Of a stretch of DNA of 28,559 nucleotides, positions 1 through 9,451 are shown one piece after another. A model generated the notes under the pieces. That model did not search any database. It saw only the letters and a program-made list of their open reading frames with translations, and had not been told where the DNA came from. This stretch comes from an uncultured Anaerolinea sp. (lineage in GTDB: Bacteria; Chloroflexota; Anaerolineae; Anaerolineales; Anaerolineaceae): the NCBI GenBank assembly GCA_964634855.1, contig CAZWKK010000002.1, positions 1-28,559 of the forward strand, written 5' to 3'. The position numbers and the translations under genes were made by a program. The number at the start of each line of letters is the position of its first letter. Position 1 is the first letter of the stretch.

Positions 1-1
1 T

Positions 2-3000
2 GCTGACCTGATCGATCAGTTCGGTTCAGCTGAGAAAACTGACCTGATGGGATATGCCCAGGCTGCTGCCGAGACCAATCAACCGGTGGTGGCACTGGAT
101 GCTGCCCAAAAAGTGCTTGCTCAAGAACCCGAAAATGGCCGCGCTTTGGCTATCAAAGGCTTTGCAGAATATCGCCTGGGTCAGACGGACCAGGCATTAC
201 ATCATTTGAGCCAGGCAGTTGAATCAGCACCCGAACTGCCAGAACCCTGGAAAATGTTGGCTCAGGTTTACCGTGAAAAAGGCGAGATTGCCCGTGCGAT
301 CGAGACCTTACGCACTGCCCACGCTGCTGTCCCGGGCAATGTTGCCATTTTGCGGGAATTGACAACTGAATTGATCGGGGAAGGACAGGCAGCAGAAGCA
401 TACAGCCTGCTTTCTGGCGATGAACCGAAAGTGGATGGCGATCTGCAAACTTCTTTGCTCAAGATTGCCGCCATGAAACAATTGAATATGGCAGATGTTG
501 ATTCCACCATCGAAAAGACCTATAAAGCTTTTTCCACGCAGGCAGAAGCCATACAGGAATATGCGGCGCTGGTGCTGCGTAAAGGAGAAGCTGGGAAAGC
601 CCGAAGCCTGGTTGAGCCATTGGTGCTTTCTGCCCAGGCGAAGACAGTTGCGAAACTGATCTATGTGGATTCTGTACTGGGACAAGATTATCGGCATATC
701 CTGGGTCAGCCAGTGGTTGAGGAACATTTACAACAAAAAGCAGCCCAGGTATTGGATGATGTTATAAGCAGTGAACCGGAAAATCTCTACGCCAACGTTT
801 TACAGGCAGAGCATGCGCTCCGGTCTGGTGAAAGCGAGAAGGCATTCGACCTGTTTTCCAATCTGCTCAATCATGTAGAAGCACAGGGCTCTAACTGGCT
901 GGAACGCATTCAGGCAGGTTTCGCCTGGGCAGCCAACTTGCTGGGAAAATTTAATTACGCTTTGGCTGGGATCCAATCAGTGTTGGAGATCAACCCCAAC
1001 TGGGCTGGCGCCCGTGAGACTTTGGCCGAAGTCAGTGCCACCAGCGGTGATATCGAAGAAGCCGTGGTTCAGGCAAACCAGGTGTTGGAATCTGCTTCAG
1101 ATGTAGCCGAGAGTGTGGAATGGTTTGCCGACTTCATGGGCAATTTAGGAAAAGCTGATGAAGCTGAGAAAGCCATCTTAACTCTGGCACAGGCGCATGA
1201 GCAGAAATTGCCCTTATTCCTTAAATTGACTGAATTGCAACTGGAAAGTGGTAAAAAGGATGCGGCCAGGCAGACAATTGAGGGATGCAAAAACCTGTTG
1301 GCAAAATCGAAGAATGAATCTGATCTGATCCGCGGCGCCCACCTGTTCGCTGCGGTAGAAAAAGAAGACCTGGCCGTAGAGTGCTTAAAAATGCGTTCTG
1401 TCTTACCGGATGCTCAACACCAAAATGCACTGCTCGATCTGGCGGGTTTTTACCGCAACAATAAACAATACGAACAGGCATTGACGGTTCTCGAGCAGGC
1501 CGGGCAGTTTTATGAGGATCAGAATTGGTTGAAGTTGATCCACGCTGAGATTCTACATGCCATGGGTCAAAGTGAAGCAGCTTTGAGTAAACTGGCTGAA
1601 CTGAATGACTCAAGTGAATTGGCACCAGAAGCAAATGAGATGAACTTTGTTCCTGCGATCTGGAAATCGCTGTTAAAGAAAAGCACCAGCGTTGATGTGC
1701 TGGCTGCTGAATTGGCCTTTGAAACCGGCGATTACTCCCTGGCTGCAGAAAAAGTATCCGCTGCTGAGGCGATGGCTGAAAAGACAGTCTTGCAGCTGGA
1801 AATTGGCCACGCTCTGGGCAAGCAGAAGGATACTCTCTCCTTCATGGATTTGAGCGCAGATGATCCTTCTGTCTATGTGGATGCAAATCTTTGCACCGAG
1901 ATCCTGGAGAGTTTACTTGACGCCGGGCAAAACGAAAAAGCCGGGTTAATGATCAATAAAGCCGTTGAGATCTTCCCGCAGGCAAATAGCCTGGCCCTGG
2001 TTGAAGCTCGTTATCTGGCTGAACTGGGACAATTGGTGCAAGCGGAAGCGCTGTTCGACCAGGTCTTGGCCAAGGTGGAGATCAAAGGCGAGATCAATAG
2101 TGTGGAAGAAACCCTCGTTGTGCGCAACCTGGTCAAAGCTGGAATGGCGACCAATCGCTGGGAAGAAGCCAAAGCCTGGAGTGACAAACTGTACACCTCG
2201 CAACCAAAGAGTATGGCTGCCATCAAGATCGCCCTGGAAGTGTTGTTATTGGCCATCGAATTCGGCAAAATGATCGCCGGTTTGCGGGTAAAGAAACATT
2301 TGAACTTTGAATCGACCGTTTCTGACTCAACAATCGCCACCCTCAAAGACCTGATCTCGAGGGCTGAACGGATTGGTACGGCGGAACTGGAACATCTGGT
2401 TACACGAGCAAAATTAGCTATCGAAGCCAACCAGGCCAATATCCGCGCATTGGCAATGAACACCCCGCAAAAAGGCGACGTGGTGGCAATGATGCTGGCC
2501 CTCAAAGAGACCGGTCAAGCAGCCACGGCGGTTCAACTGGCCAAGAAGCAGATCCCCGCAGCAGATGTTTTGTATGCCACTGCCTGCTGTTTACAGGATA
2601 CCAACCCCAGCGAAGCGTTGCTGGCCCTCAAACAGAGCATGAAAAAGAATTCTGCCCAGCCGTGGGCGTCTACCCTGGCAGCCATGTTATACGAAAAAAG
2701 CGGTCAGGCTTATGCGGCCATGAGCGATCTCAACGAAGCGTTGGAATACTGGCCAGATGAGCCCGATTGGCAGGTATTGGCTGCTGAATATGCCCATGAA
2801 AATGGCAATCAAAAGGAAGCCGTGCTTCATCTGGAACAGGCTGCAACTTTGCAACCTGAAGATGCTCAGATTAAGTATTGGCTGGGCAAAGCCTATCTGC
2901 AAAATGGGGAAGGCGAGAAAGCAATCGAAACACTCGAACCCATCAGCAAAGCTGGCGCTAATAATTATGAAGTTTGGGAAACCTTGGCAGAAGCCTACTT

Positions 3001-3862
3001 TGCCCAAAATGACACGGCGAATGCCCTGGCCGCAGTCGAACGTGCCAATTCTGTGAACGAGTTCTCCATCAGCCCCATGTTGCTCAGCAGCAAACTGTAC
3101 CTGGCCAATGGCGAGAAAAAGAAAGCGTTGGAATTCGCTCAAAAAGCAGCCACGCAAGATGCTGCCAATGCAGAAGTTCAATTGCTGCTGGCAAAATCCT
3201 GGTTGGCCAATGGTGACAAATTGCAGGCTTTACAGGCGCTGGAAAAGGCCGTCCATGCCAAGAATACCAGTCTGGAGGTCATGGTGGACCATGCCAAATT
3301 GATCAAAGAGATCAATGGTGCTGCCAATGCCAGACCCTTGTTTGAAGCTTTGGTGCAAAAGTACCCAGAAAATGCCGAGATCTTAAACTTGTTGGCAGAA
3401 GCCCAATTGGCTTGCGGTGATAAATCAGCAGCAGAGTTGAGCGCCCAAAAATCGCTCAAACTTAATGAGGTGCAGCCGAAGATGCAGCAATTCCTGGGAA
3501 AACTGGAATTCGATGGCGGGCATCTGGACCAGGCTATCTTCCACTACAGTCAGGCCATTGCCCAGGCTCCTCAAGAGGTTGAAGTCTATTTGGACCTCAG
3601 TAATGCATATCAGCAACAGCGGGAGTACGAGGAAGCCTTGAAGACCCTGCAAACGGCCATGGATCTGGCACCTCAGGACACACGCGCTATTCTGGCAGCC
3701 GTCAATTTGCTGCGCAATGCCAAAGATTACACTCGTGCCGAAGCTCTCTTGCGCAAGGCAGCCGAAATGGCTCCCAATGATCTCAATATTCGCCGTCAAC
3801 TTGGCGCGGTTATTGCACTGAACATGGTACACAGTTCACAGGAAGCGAGCTCACACGTATGA
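2..3862 (+). CDS. Very large tetratricopeptide-repeat (TPR) protein, 5'-partial (at least 1286 aa)
   Basis: The frame of ORF 47..3862 stays open back to position 2 (ADLIDQFGSAEKTDL-MGY...), so the true start lies left of the window. The protein is A/L/E/Q-rich and helical throughout, with TPR-like units (e.g. ALAIKGFAEYRLGQTDQALHHLSQAVESAP, YWLGKAYLQNGEGEKAIETLEP, LGKLEFDGGHLDQAIFHYSQAIAQAP). No catalytic motif recognised. Confidence 0.88.
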   Translation, partial: ADLIDQFGSAEKTDLMGYAQAAAETNQPVVALDAAQKVLAQEPENGRALAIKGFAEYRLGQTDQALHHLSQAVESAPELPEPWKMLAQVYREKGEIARAIETLRTAHAAVPGNVAILRELTTELIGEGQAAEAYSLLSGDEPKVDGDLQTSLLKIAAMKQLNMADVDSTIEKTYKAFSTQAEAIQEYAALVLRKGEAGKARSLVEPLVLSAQAKTVAKLIYVDSVLGQDYRHILGQPVVEEHLQQKAAQVLDDVISSEPENLYANVLQAEHALRSGESEKAFDLFSNLLNHVEAQGSNWLERIQAGFAWAANLLGKFNYALAGIQSVLEINPNWAGARETLAEVSATSGDIEEAVVQANQVLESASDVAESVEWFADFMGNLGKADEAEKAILTLAQAHEQKLPLFLKLTELQLESGKKDAARQTIEGCKNLLAKSKNESDLIRGAHLFAAVEKEDLAVECLKMRSVLPDAQHQNALLDLAGFYRNNKQYEQALTVLEQAGQFYEDQNWLKLIHAEILHAMGQSEAALSKLAELNDSSELAPEANEMNFVPAIWKSLLKKSTSVDVLAAELAFETGDYSLAAEKVSAAEAMAEKTVLQLEIGHALGKQKDTLSFMDLSADDPSVYVDANLCTEILESLLDAGQNEKAGLMINKAVEIFPQANSLALVEARYLAELGQLVQAEALFDQVLAKVEIKGEINSVEETLVVRNLVKAGMATNRWEEAKAWSDKLYTSQPKSMAAIKIALEVLLLAIEFGKMIAGLRVKKHLNFESTVSDSTIATLKDLISRAERIGTAELEHLVTRAKLAIEANQANIRALAMNTPQKGDVVAMMLALKETGQAATAVQLAKKQIPAADVLYATACCLQDTNPSEALLALKQSMKKNSAQPWASTLAAMLYEKSGQAYAAMSDLNEALEYWPDEPDWQVLAAEYAHENGNQKEAVLHLEQAATLQPEDAQIKYWLGKAYLQNGEGEKAIETLEPISKAGANNYEVWETLAEAYFAQNDTANALAAVERANSVNEFSISPMLLSSKLYLANGEKKKALEFAQKAATQDAANAEVQLLLAKSWLANGDKLQALQALEKAVHAKNTSLEVMVDHAKLIKEINGAANARPLFEALVQKYPENAEILNLLAEAQLACGDKSAAELSAQKSLKLNEVQPKMQQFLGKLEFDGGHLDQAIFHYSQAIAQAPQEVEVYLDLSNAYQQQREYEEALKTLQTAMDLAPQDTRAILAAVNLLRNAKDYTRAEALLRKAAEMAPNDLNIRRQLGAVIALNMVHSSQEASSHV

Positions 3863-6546
3863 ACCCTAACCGACCTTCTGCCCATAACGAACCCAAAATG
3901 ATCGATCGCAGCCGCTTGCTGCAATATCTCCAATCGGGACTGCAATCGAATTCCTACCAGTTCATCCGACAGGCTACTGTTGCCTGGCTGGCTTCTTACC
4001 CGGGCGATCTGGAGATCAACCTGCTGTTCGCAAAAGCGTTGATCCAGGAGGGGCGTGGGCAGGTGGCAGTTCCATTGGTAGATAAGATCCTGCGTTGCGA
4101 CCCGGAATATCAGGAAGCACTGCGTGTAGCGGAAGGTTTATATGTCCGTGAAGATGTGGTAAAGGCCGCCAATGTGCGCGGCATGCAAAAAGCGTTGGGT
4201 TTTGAATTTTCCACAAGTGGTGCAGTCCCAACCTGGGCTGATCCGCTCCTAAAAGCCTCCCAGTTGCTCAAAGCTGGCGATCTGGATACCGCTCAAAGCG
4301 CGATCTTTGAAGTGTTGAGCCAGGGAGAGTACCCTGCGCTGGCAGGAGCAATCCATTTACAGATCGTCGCTCAGAGGGGTGACAAGGCAGCCTTATTGAA
4401 TATGGCGCGCCTGTACCATTCCCGTTGGCCAGATTGTCTCTCCATTAGTCTGCAGTTGGCCAAAGTTTGGATGCAAAATGGTCAGCAAGACGAAGCGGTG
4501 AATTTACTGCACGAATGTGCCAGCCTTGACCCTGTGGGGCAGGTGCCTCAACGCTTGTGGGGAACAAACTTTGAGTTCAAACCCCTTTACCCTGAAAAAA
4601 TGCAGGTAGTGGAAAATTTTGCCATTCCTTCTCAGGTGGCGGCAAAGTTTGGCCTGAACAATTTGTATTCAGGACAGCCTGAGTTTGTTCAACCTGTTTC
4701 GGTTGCACCAATGACGGATAGCAAACCATTTTCGTATATCGATAGCGAAAGTGGGCGACTTGGGCAGGAGGGCTCTCAGCCTGATGCGCCCATCCGCACC
4801 GAAATTCACAGCTTTGATGGCTATGGATTGAAAAATGAAGCCGATTTCGGCGGCCAATCAGAATTAGATGCAAAAGAATCATCTACCAAACCAAAAGACA
4901 AAGACCTGCAAAAGGTACAGCGTGAGTTTGAGAAACTGGCAGATGAGCTTAAGACCCCCGGCGTGGTCCGTGCTGATAACCGTTATCCGGCTTATGTGAT
5001 CTTGAGCACCAAAACCGGTCTGACCGCTCAGTATGGTCAGCAAAGTGCACAGGTGATCATGAACGAGTTGGAGCAGTTGGCACTCAGCATTGCCAAACGC
5101 GATGGTTGGCATGCCGTGATCTTCTTCCCCGATGACATGGCTACCTGCGGCAAGTACGGCATCACCCCTGTGGATGCCATTGACCCCTGGAAGATCAAAC
5201 TAGCATTGACCGACCTGGACAAAGCGTTGGAAAAGACTGGCGAGATGATCGGAGCCGTAATGATCGTCGGCGGAGACAAGGTGGTGCCTTTCCACAATTT
5301 GCCCAACCCAACCGATGATTCAGACGCCACGGTACCTTCAGACAACCCGTACGCTTCTCTGGATAAGAACTATTTTGTGGCCGATTGGCCGGTAGGACGT
5401 TTGCCGGGAGATGCCAGTTCCGATTCTGGGTTGCTGCTATCTCAGATCCGCAATGCCACGTTGTATCACACTGATGAAGCAGAGACGCAATCGTGGTTGA
5501 ACCAGATCATCCGTATCTTGTTGTTCTGGAACCACACCTATTCAAAGAATTTCGCTAATTTGGGGTTAACCGCGGCCATCTGGCAACGGTCCAGCTACTC
5601 TGCCTTCCGCCCCATGGGTGAAGCCCGAAACCTGTCGCTGTCTCCTAATGGGAAGAACACGGCCTTTAACCCGACCAAAATGGCATCTGCTCCCTTCTGT
5701 TACTTTAACCTGCACGGGGTGGAAGATGGCAGTAACTGGTATGGTCAAAAAGACAGTTCTGATACTTCTGGTGCTGAAGACTTCCCGGTGGCTTTGCAGC
5801 CCACGGATGTAAGCAAAAACAGTGAAGCTCCTCGTATTGTGATCTCAGAGGCCTGTTATGGTGGGCATATTCTCAATAAAGCCGAAAATGAATCAATGGC
5901 GCTGACCTTTTTGGGCAGCGGTGTTTTGGCCATGATCGCCTCCACCACCATCGCTTATGGGTCTGTGACCACTCCCTTGATCGGTGGCGACCTGCTGGCG
6001 CATCTGGTGATGAGTTACCTGGCCAAAGGTACCTCCATCGGCGCGGCATTCTGCAAGGCCAAAGTAGACTTTGTGCGTGAGATGAACTTGCGCCAGGGAT
6101 ATCTGGATGGCGAGGATCAGAAAACCCTCATTTCCTTTGTTCTTTATGGTGATCCACTTGTGGCGTACGACCCCTACCAGGCCATGAAAACCGTTTATGC
6201 GCGCGAAAAGAATCACCCTGTGGTGAAAACGGTTGTAGACCAGGCGTTGGACGAAGCCAAAACGAGTGCCATCTCTGCCAAAGCCATTGCCAATGCCAAA
6301 GAAATGGTGCGCGACTATCTGCCCGGCATTGAATATGCCGAGGTTCGTATAAGCCAGCAACACGTGCGGGTGAACAACAACAGCCAGGCGAGAACAGCCG
6401 GCAAAGCCAACGGCGACCGACCGGCCAGCCGCACGGTAGTCAGCTTCAGCAAACAGATCACCTTTGATCATCATATTCACCGCCAGTATGCGCGCGTAAC
6501 GCTCGATTCGCAGGGAAAAGTGGTGAAAATGGCGATCTCTCGCTAG
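3859..6546 (+). CDS. N-terminal TPR-like region fused to a C25 (gingipain-like, clan CD) cysteine peptidase domain
   Basis: ATGA overlap with the upstream stop (3859-3862). C25-type motifs: IVGGDKVVPF...SDNPY...PVGRLP, catalytic-type FNLHG (His619, 5713-5715), ISEACY (Cys666, 5854-5856) and terminal FVLYGDP. No N-terminal hydrophobic signal peptide. Alternative start at 3898 (MIDRS). Confidence 0.78.
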   Translation: MNPNRPSAHNEPKMIDRSRLLQYLQSGLQSNSYQFIRQATVAWLASYPGDLEINLLFAKALIQEGRGQVAVPLVDKILRCDPEYQEALRVAEGLYVREDVVKAANVRGMQKALGFEFSTSGAVPTWADPLLKASQLLKAGDLDTAQSAIFEVLSQGEYPALAGAIHLQIVAQRGDKAALLNMARLYHSRWPDCLSISLQLAKVWMQNGQQDEAVNLLHECASLDPVGQVPQRLWGTNFEFKPLYPEKMQVVENFAIPSQVAAKFGLNNLYSGQPEFVQPVSVAPMTDSKPFSYIDSESGRLGQEGSQPDAPIRTEIHSFDGYGLKNEADFGGQSELDAKESSTKPKDKDLQKVQREFEKLADELKTPGVVRADNRYPAYVILSTKTGLTAQYGQQSAQVIMNELEQLALSIAKRDGWHAVIFFPDDMATCGKYGITPVDAIDPWKIKLALTDLDKALEKTGEMIGAVMIVGGDKVVPFHNLPNPTDDSDATVPSDNPYASLDKNYFVADWPVGRLPGDASSDSGLLLSQIRNATLYHTDEAETQSWLNQIIRILLFWNHTYSKNFANLGLTAAIWQRSSYSAFRPMGEARNLSLSPNGKNTAFNPTKMASAPFCYFNLHGVEDGSNWYGQKDSSDTSGAEDFPVALQPTDVSKNSEAPRIVISEACYGGHILNKAENESMALTFLGSGVLAMIASTTIAYGSVTTPLIGGDLLAHLVMSYLAKGTSIGAAFCKAKVDFVREMNLRQGYLDGEDQKTLISFVLYGDPLVAYDPYQAMKTVYAREKNHPVVKTVVDQALDEAKTSAISAKAIANAKEMVRDYLPGIEYAEVRISQQHVRVNNNSQARTAGKANGDRPASRTVVSFSKQITFDHHIHRQYARVTLDSQGKVVKMAISR

Positions 6547-6561
6547 AATAAGCAAAATGAT

Positions 6562-6591
6562 AAGGCCGCGGTCAAAATCCGCGGTCTTTTT
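6562..6591 (+). terminator. Intrinsic terminator after the TPR/peptidase pair
   Basis: AAGGCCGCGG-TCAAAAT-CCGCGGTCTT stem-loop running into TTTTTGTT, about 15 nt after the TAG at 6546. Confidence 0.8.
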
Positions 6592-6592
6592 G

Positions 6593-6621
6593 TTGCGAGT
6601 GGGCAATCCTTAGAATATAAT
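6593..6621 (+). promoter_or_regulatory. Sigma70-type promoter for alaS
   Basis: TTGCGA (6593-6598), 17 bp spacer, TATAAT (6616-6621); 49 nt upstream of the alaS ATG. Confidence 0.7.
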
Positions 6622-6670
6622 AAGGTCTCTAGATACGAAAGAGCGTCACGATACTTTTGACAGGTGAAAA

Positions 6671-9400
6671 ATGAGCTTACCCAAGACCGGTACTGAAATC
6701 CGACAATCCTTCATTGAATTTTTCAAATCGAAAGGGCACACTTTCGTGCCTTCTTCTTCGATCGTTCCTGGCGGGGATCAAACCTTGCTGTTTACCAACG
6801 CCGGTATGGTGCAATTTAAAGACGTTTTTCTGGGTACAGATACCCGCCCTTACACGCGCGCAGTAAATTCACAAAAATGTATGCGTGTGGCAGGAAAACA
6901 CAATGATCTGGATGATGTAGGTCGTGACGACACTCATCATACCTTTTTTGAAATGTTGGGTAACTGGTCTTTTGGCGATTACTATAAAAAAGAGGCGATC
7001 TCATGGGCCTGGGAACTGCTGACGCAGGTCTGGGGCATTGATGGATCCAAGCTTTACGCCACCTGTTTCAAGGATGACAAAGGCAATCTACCGACAGACG
7101 AAGATGCCTATAACTTCTGGAAAGAACAGCCGGGCATGAACCCGGAGCACATTTTGTATTACGGCCGCAAAGAGAACTTCTGGGAAATGGCTGAGACTGG
7201 CCCCTGCGGTCCCTGCAGCGAGATCCACATTGACCGCGGCCCAGATGGCTGCGACAAGAAGGGTGTTCCCGGGCACGTTTGCCGTGTGAACGGCGACTGC
7301 AAACGCTATTTGGAGATCTGGAACCTGGTCTTTATGCAGTACAACCGCATGGGTCAGACCCAGTTCGATCCGCTGCCTGCCACTCATGTGGATACCGGCA
7401 TGGGCTTTGAGCGCATCGTCTCCATCATGCAGGGCGTCAATTCCAACTACCGCACCGATCTGTTCTCCCCGCTGATGGACAAGATCCGTGAACTTTCCAA
7501 GACCAGCGTTGAAGAGATGGATGCCAACTTCACCCCTTACCGGGTGGTGGCTGACCATACCCGTGCGGCCACATTCCTGATCGCCGATGGTGTTGTACCT
7601 GGCAATACCAGCCGCAATTACATCTGCCGCATGATCATTCGCCGGGCAGCCCGTTTTGCCACAAAGATCGGGCTGAACGAACCCTTCATGGCCAAGGTGG
7701 CCGAAGTGGTCATCAATAACTACGGCTCAGCTTACCCCGAACTGGAAAAGAACCGCAAAGCCATTCTGGATAGCCTGACCCGTGAAGAAAAACGCTTCCA
7801 GCGCACGGTTGAGGCAGGGTTGGGTTATTTGCAGGAAATGCTCACCGATCTGCAGAAATCCAACCAGACCGTTTTGGATGGCGCTAAAGCATTTGACCTG
7901 TATGCCACCCACGGTTTGCCACTGGAATTGACCCGCGACGTTGCCCGCGAAAGCAACCTGGATGTGGATGAAGCCGGATTCAAGCAGGCGATGGAAGAAC
8001 ATAAAGTACAATCTGGCGCCGGTAAAGCCTTTGGCCCGCTTGGCGGCGAAGATGTTGAAGTCTACCGCGGCATTTTTGATGGTCTCATCGAAAAAGGTCT
8101 TGTTGCCAAGAGCGGTGTGGCCTACAACCCATACGAATGGTTGGAGAGCGAAGGCAATGTGCTAGCCCTCTTTAGTGAAGGCGAGTTGATCGATCAGGCC
8201 CTGCCGGGTCAGCCCGTGGAAGTGATCTTGCCGAAAACCGGCTTCTACATTGAATCTGGTGGTCAGGTGGGGGATCGTGGCAAGATCGTGGCCAAAGACG
8301 GCTCCTGGGAGATCAGTGTGGACGAAGTGCGCCGGCCCGCTGCTGGTGTGATCATTCACATCGGCACCGTTGAAAAAGGTTCCCCCAAGACTGGTGATGC
8401 TGCCGTGGCCAAGGTGAATTGGATGCGTAGATTTGACACCATGCGTAACCATACCGCCACTCATTTGCTGCACGCCCAATTGCACAAACATTTGGGTGAC
8501 CATGCCCGCCAGGCCGGCTCTTTGGTGGCACCGGATCGCTTACGCTTTGACTTCAATCATCCTGAGGCTATCCCCGCGGATGTGCTGGATGCCATTGAAT
8601 ATGATGTTAACCAGGACATCCTGGCCAATCATAAATTGCGCATCATTGAAAAGTCTCTCCAACAGGCAATGGATGAAGGTGCCATGGCTTTGTTCGGTGA
8701 AAAATACGGTGAGACCGTTCGTACTGTTACCGTTGACCCGGACGAACCGATCTCTTACGAATTGTGCGGTGGCACCCATGTTGCCCAAACAGGGGATATC
8801 GGTACCTTTATCATCATCAGTGAGGGCAGCGCAGCTGCAGGCATTCGCCGCATCGAAGCGGTGACTGGACATCGGGCATATGAGATCCTGCGCGAGCGCA
8901 ATAAGGCGTTGAAGAAGACAGCCCATGCTCTGAATGCCTCCCTTGAAGATGTTCCAGCCAAGGTTGTTGGCTTGCAGGACAGTCTGGAAGACGCTCGCAA
9001 AGAAATTGGCAAGCTGCGCCAGGCCGGTGCTGCAGACGAGTTTAACCAGAAATTAGCTTCTGTGCCCACGGTGAACGGCGTGCCAGTGTTGACAGCCGTG
9101 CTAAAGAATGCCGATGTGGATACCCTGCGTCAGATGTGCGACCTGTTCCGCCAGAAATACCCGAGCGGTGTAGTAGCCCTTGGCAGCGTGAGCAATGACA
9201 AGCCCATGATCATCTGCGCGGTCACCGATGACCTGGTCAAACGAGGCTTGAACGCCGGGGAGATTGTCAAGACTGCGGCTGCCGTGATGGGTGGCAGCGG
9301 TGGTGGACGGCCGAACCTGGCTCAGGCTGGCGGCAAAGATGCCGACAAGCTGAACGAGGCCATTGATCAGGTGCTGCCTCTGGTTCAGAAAAAGCTCTAG
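6671..9400 (+). CDS. alaS: Alanine--tRNA ligase
   Basis: LLFTNAGMVQFKDVF, HHTFFEMLGNWSFGDYYK, DTGMGFERI, editing-domain HTATHLLH and ELCGGTH, C-Ala GGSGGGRPNLAQAGG. Confidence 0.99.
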   Translation: MSLPKTGTEIRQSFIEFFKSKGHTFVPSSSIVPGGDQTLLFTNAGMVQFKDVFLGTDTRPYTRAVNSQKCMRVAGKHNDLDDVGRDDTHHTFFEMLGNWSFGDYYKKEAISWAWELLTQVWGIDGSKLYATCFKDDKGNLPTDEDAYNFWKEQPGMNPEHILYYGRKENFWEMAETGPCGPCSEIHIDRGPDGCDKKGVPGHVCRVNGDCKRYLEIWNLVFMQYNRMGQTQFDPLPATHVDTGMGFERIVSIMQGVNSNYRTDLFSPLMDKIRELSKTSVEEMDANFTPYRVVADHTRAATFLIADGVVPGNTSRNYICRMIIRRAARFATKIGLNEPFMAKVAEVVINNYGSAYPELEKNRKAILDSLTREEKRFQRTVEAGLGYLQEMLTDLQKSNQTVLDGAKAFDLYATHGLPLELTRDVARESNLDVDEAGFKQAMEEHKVQSGAGKAFGPLGGEDVEVYRGIFDGLIEKGLVAKSGVAYNPYEWLESEGNVLALFSEGELIDQALPGQPVEVILPKTGFYIESGGQVGDRGKIVAKDGSWEISVDEVRRPAAGVIIHIGTVEKGSPKTGDAAVAKVNWMRRFDTMRNHTATHLLHAQLHKHLGDHARQAGSLVAPDRLRFDFNHPEAIPADVLDAIEYDVNQDILANHKLRIIEKSLQQAMDEGAMALFGEKYGETVRTVTVDPDEPISYELCGGTHVAQTGDIGTFIIISEGSAAAGIRRIEAVTGHRAYEILRERNKALKKTAHALNASLEDVPAKVVGLQDSLEDARKEIGKLRQAGAADEFNQKLASVPTVNGVPVLTAVLKNADVDTLRQMCDLFRQKYPSGVVALGSVSNDKPMIICAVTDDLVKRGLNAGEIVKTAAAVMGGSGGGRPNLAQAGGKDADKLNEAIDQVLPLVQKKL

Positions 9401-9420
9401 AGTAGAGATAATTAAAAATT

Positions 9421-9448
9421 CAACCCCCTGTTTTGAAACAGGGGGTTG
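9421..9448. terminator. Bidirectional intrinsic terminator between alaS and the convergent metallophosphoesterase gene
   Basis: Perfect 12-bp stem CAACCCCCTGTT-TTGA-AACAGGGGGTTG, with T-rich runs after it on both strands (TTGTTATTCTTT on +, AATTTTTAATT on -). Confidence 0.85.
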
Positions 9449-9451
9449 TTG

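Noticed and set aside
3859-6546. Secreted gingipain-like virulence protease
   Set aside because: No signal peptide, and no recognisable propeptide or T9SS C-terminal domain.
5893-6606. 237-aa minus-strand ORF
   Set aside because: Antisense shadow of the peptidase gene, with no recognisable motif.
6622-6670. T-box riboswitch upstream of alaS
   Set aside because: The leader is only about 45 nt, with no T-box motif or terminator.
7200-7320. Cys/His-rich insert in AlaRS (CDKKGVPGHVC...DC)
   Set aside because: This loop is variable and often Cys-containing in AlaRS, so it cannot be called unusual without an alignment.
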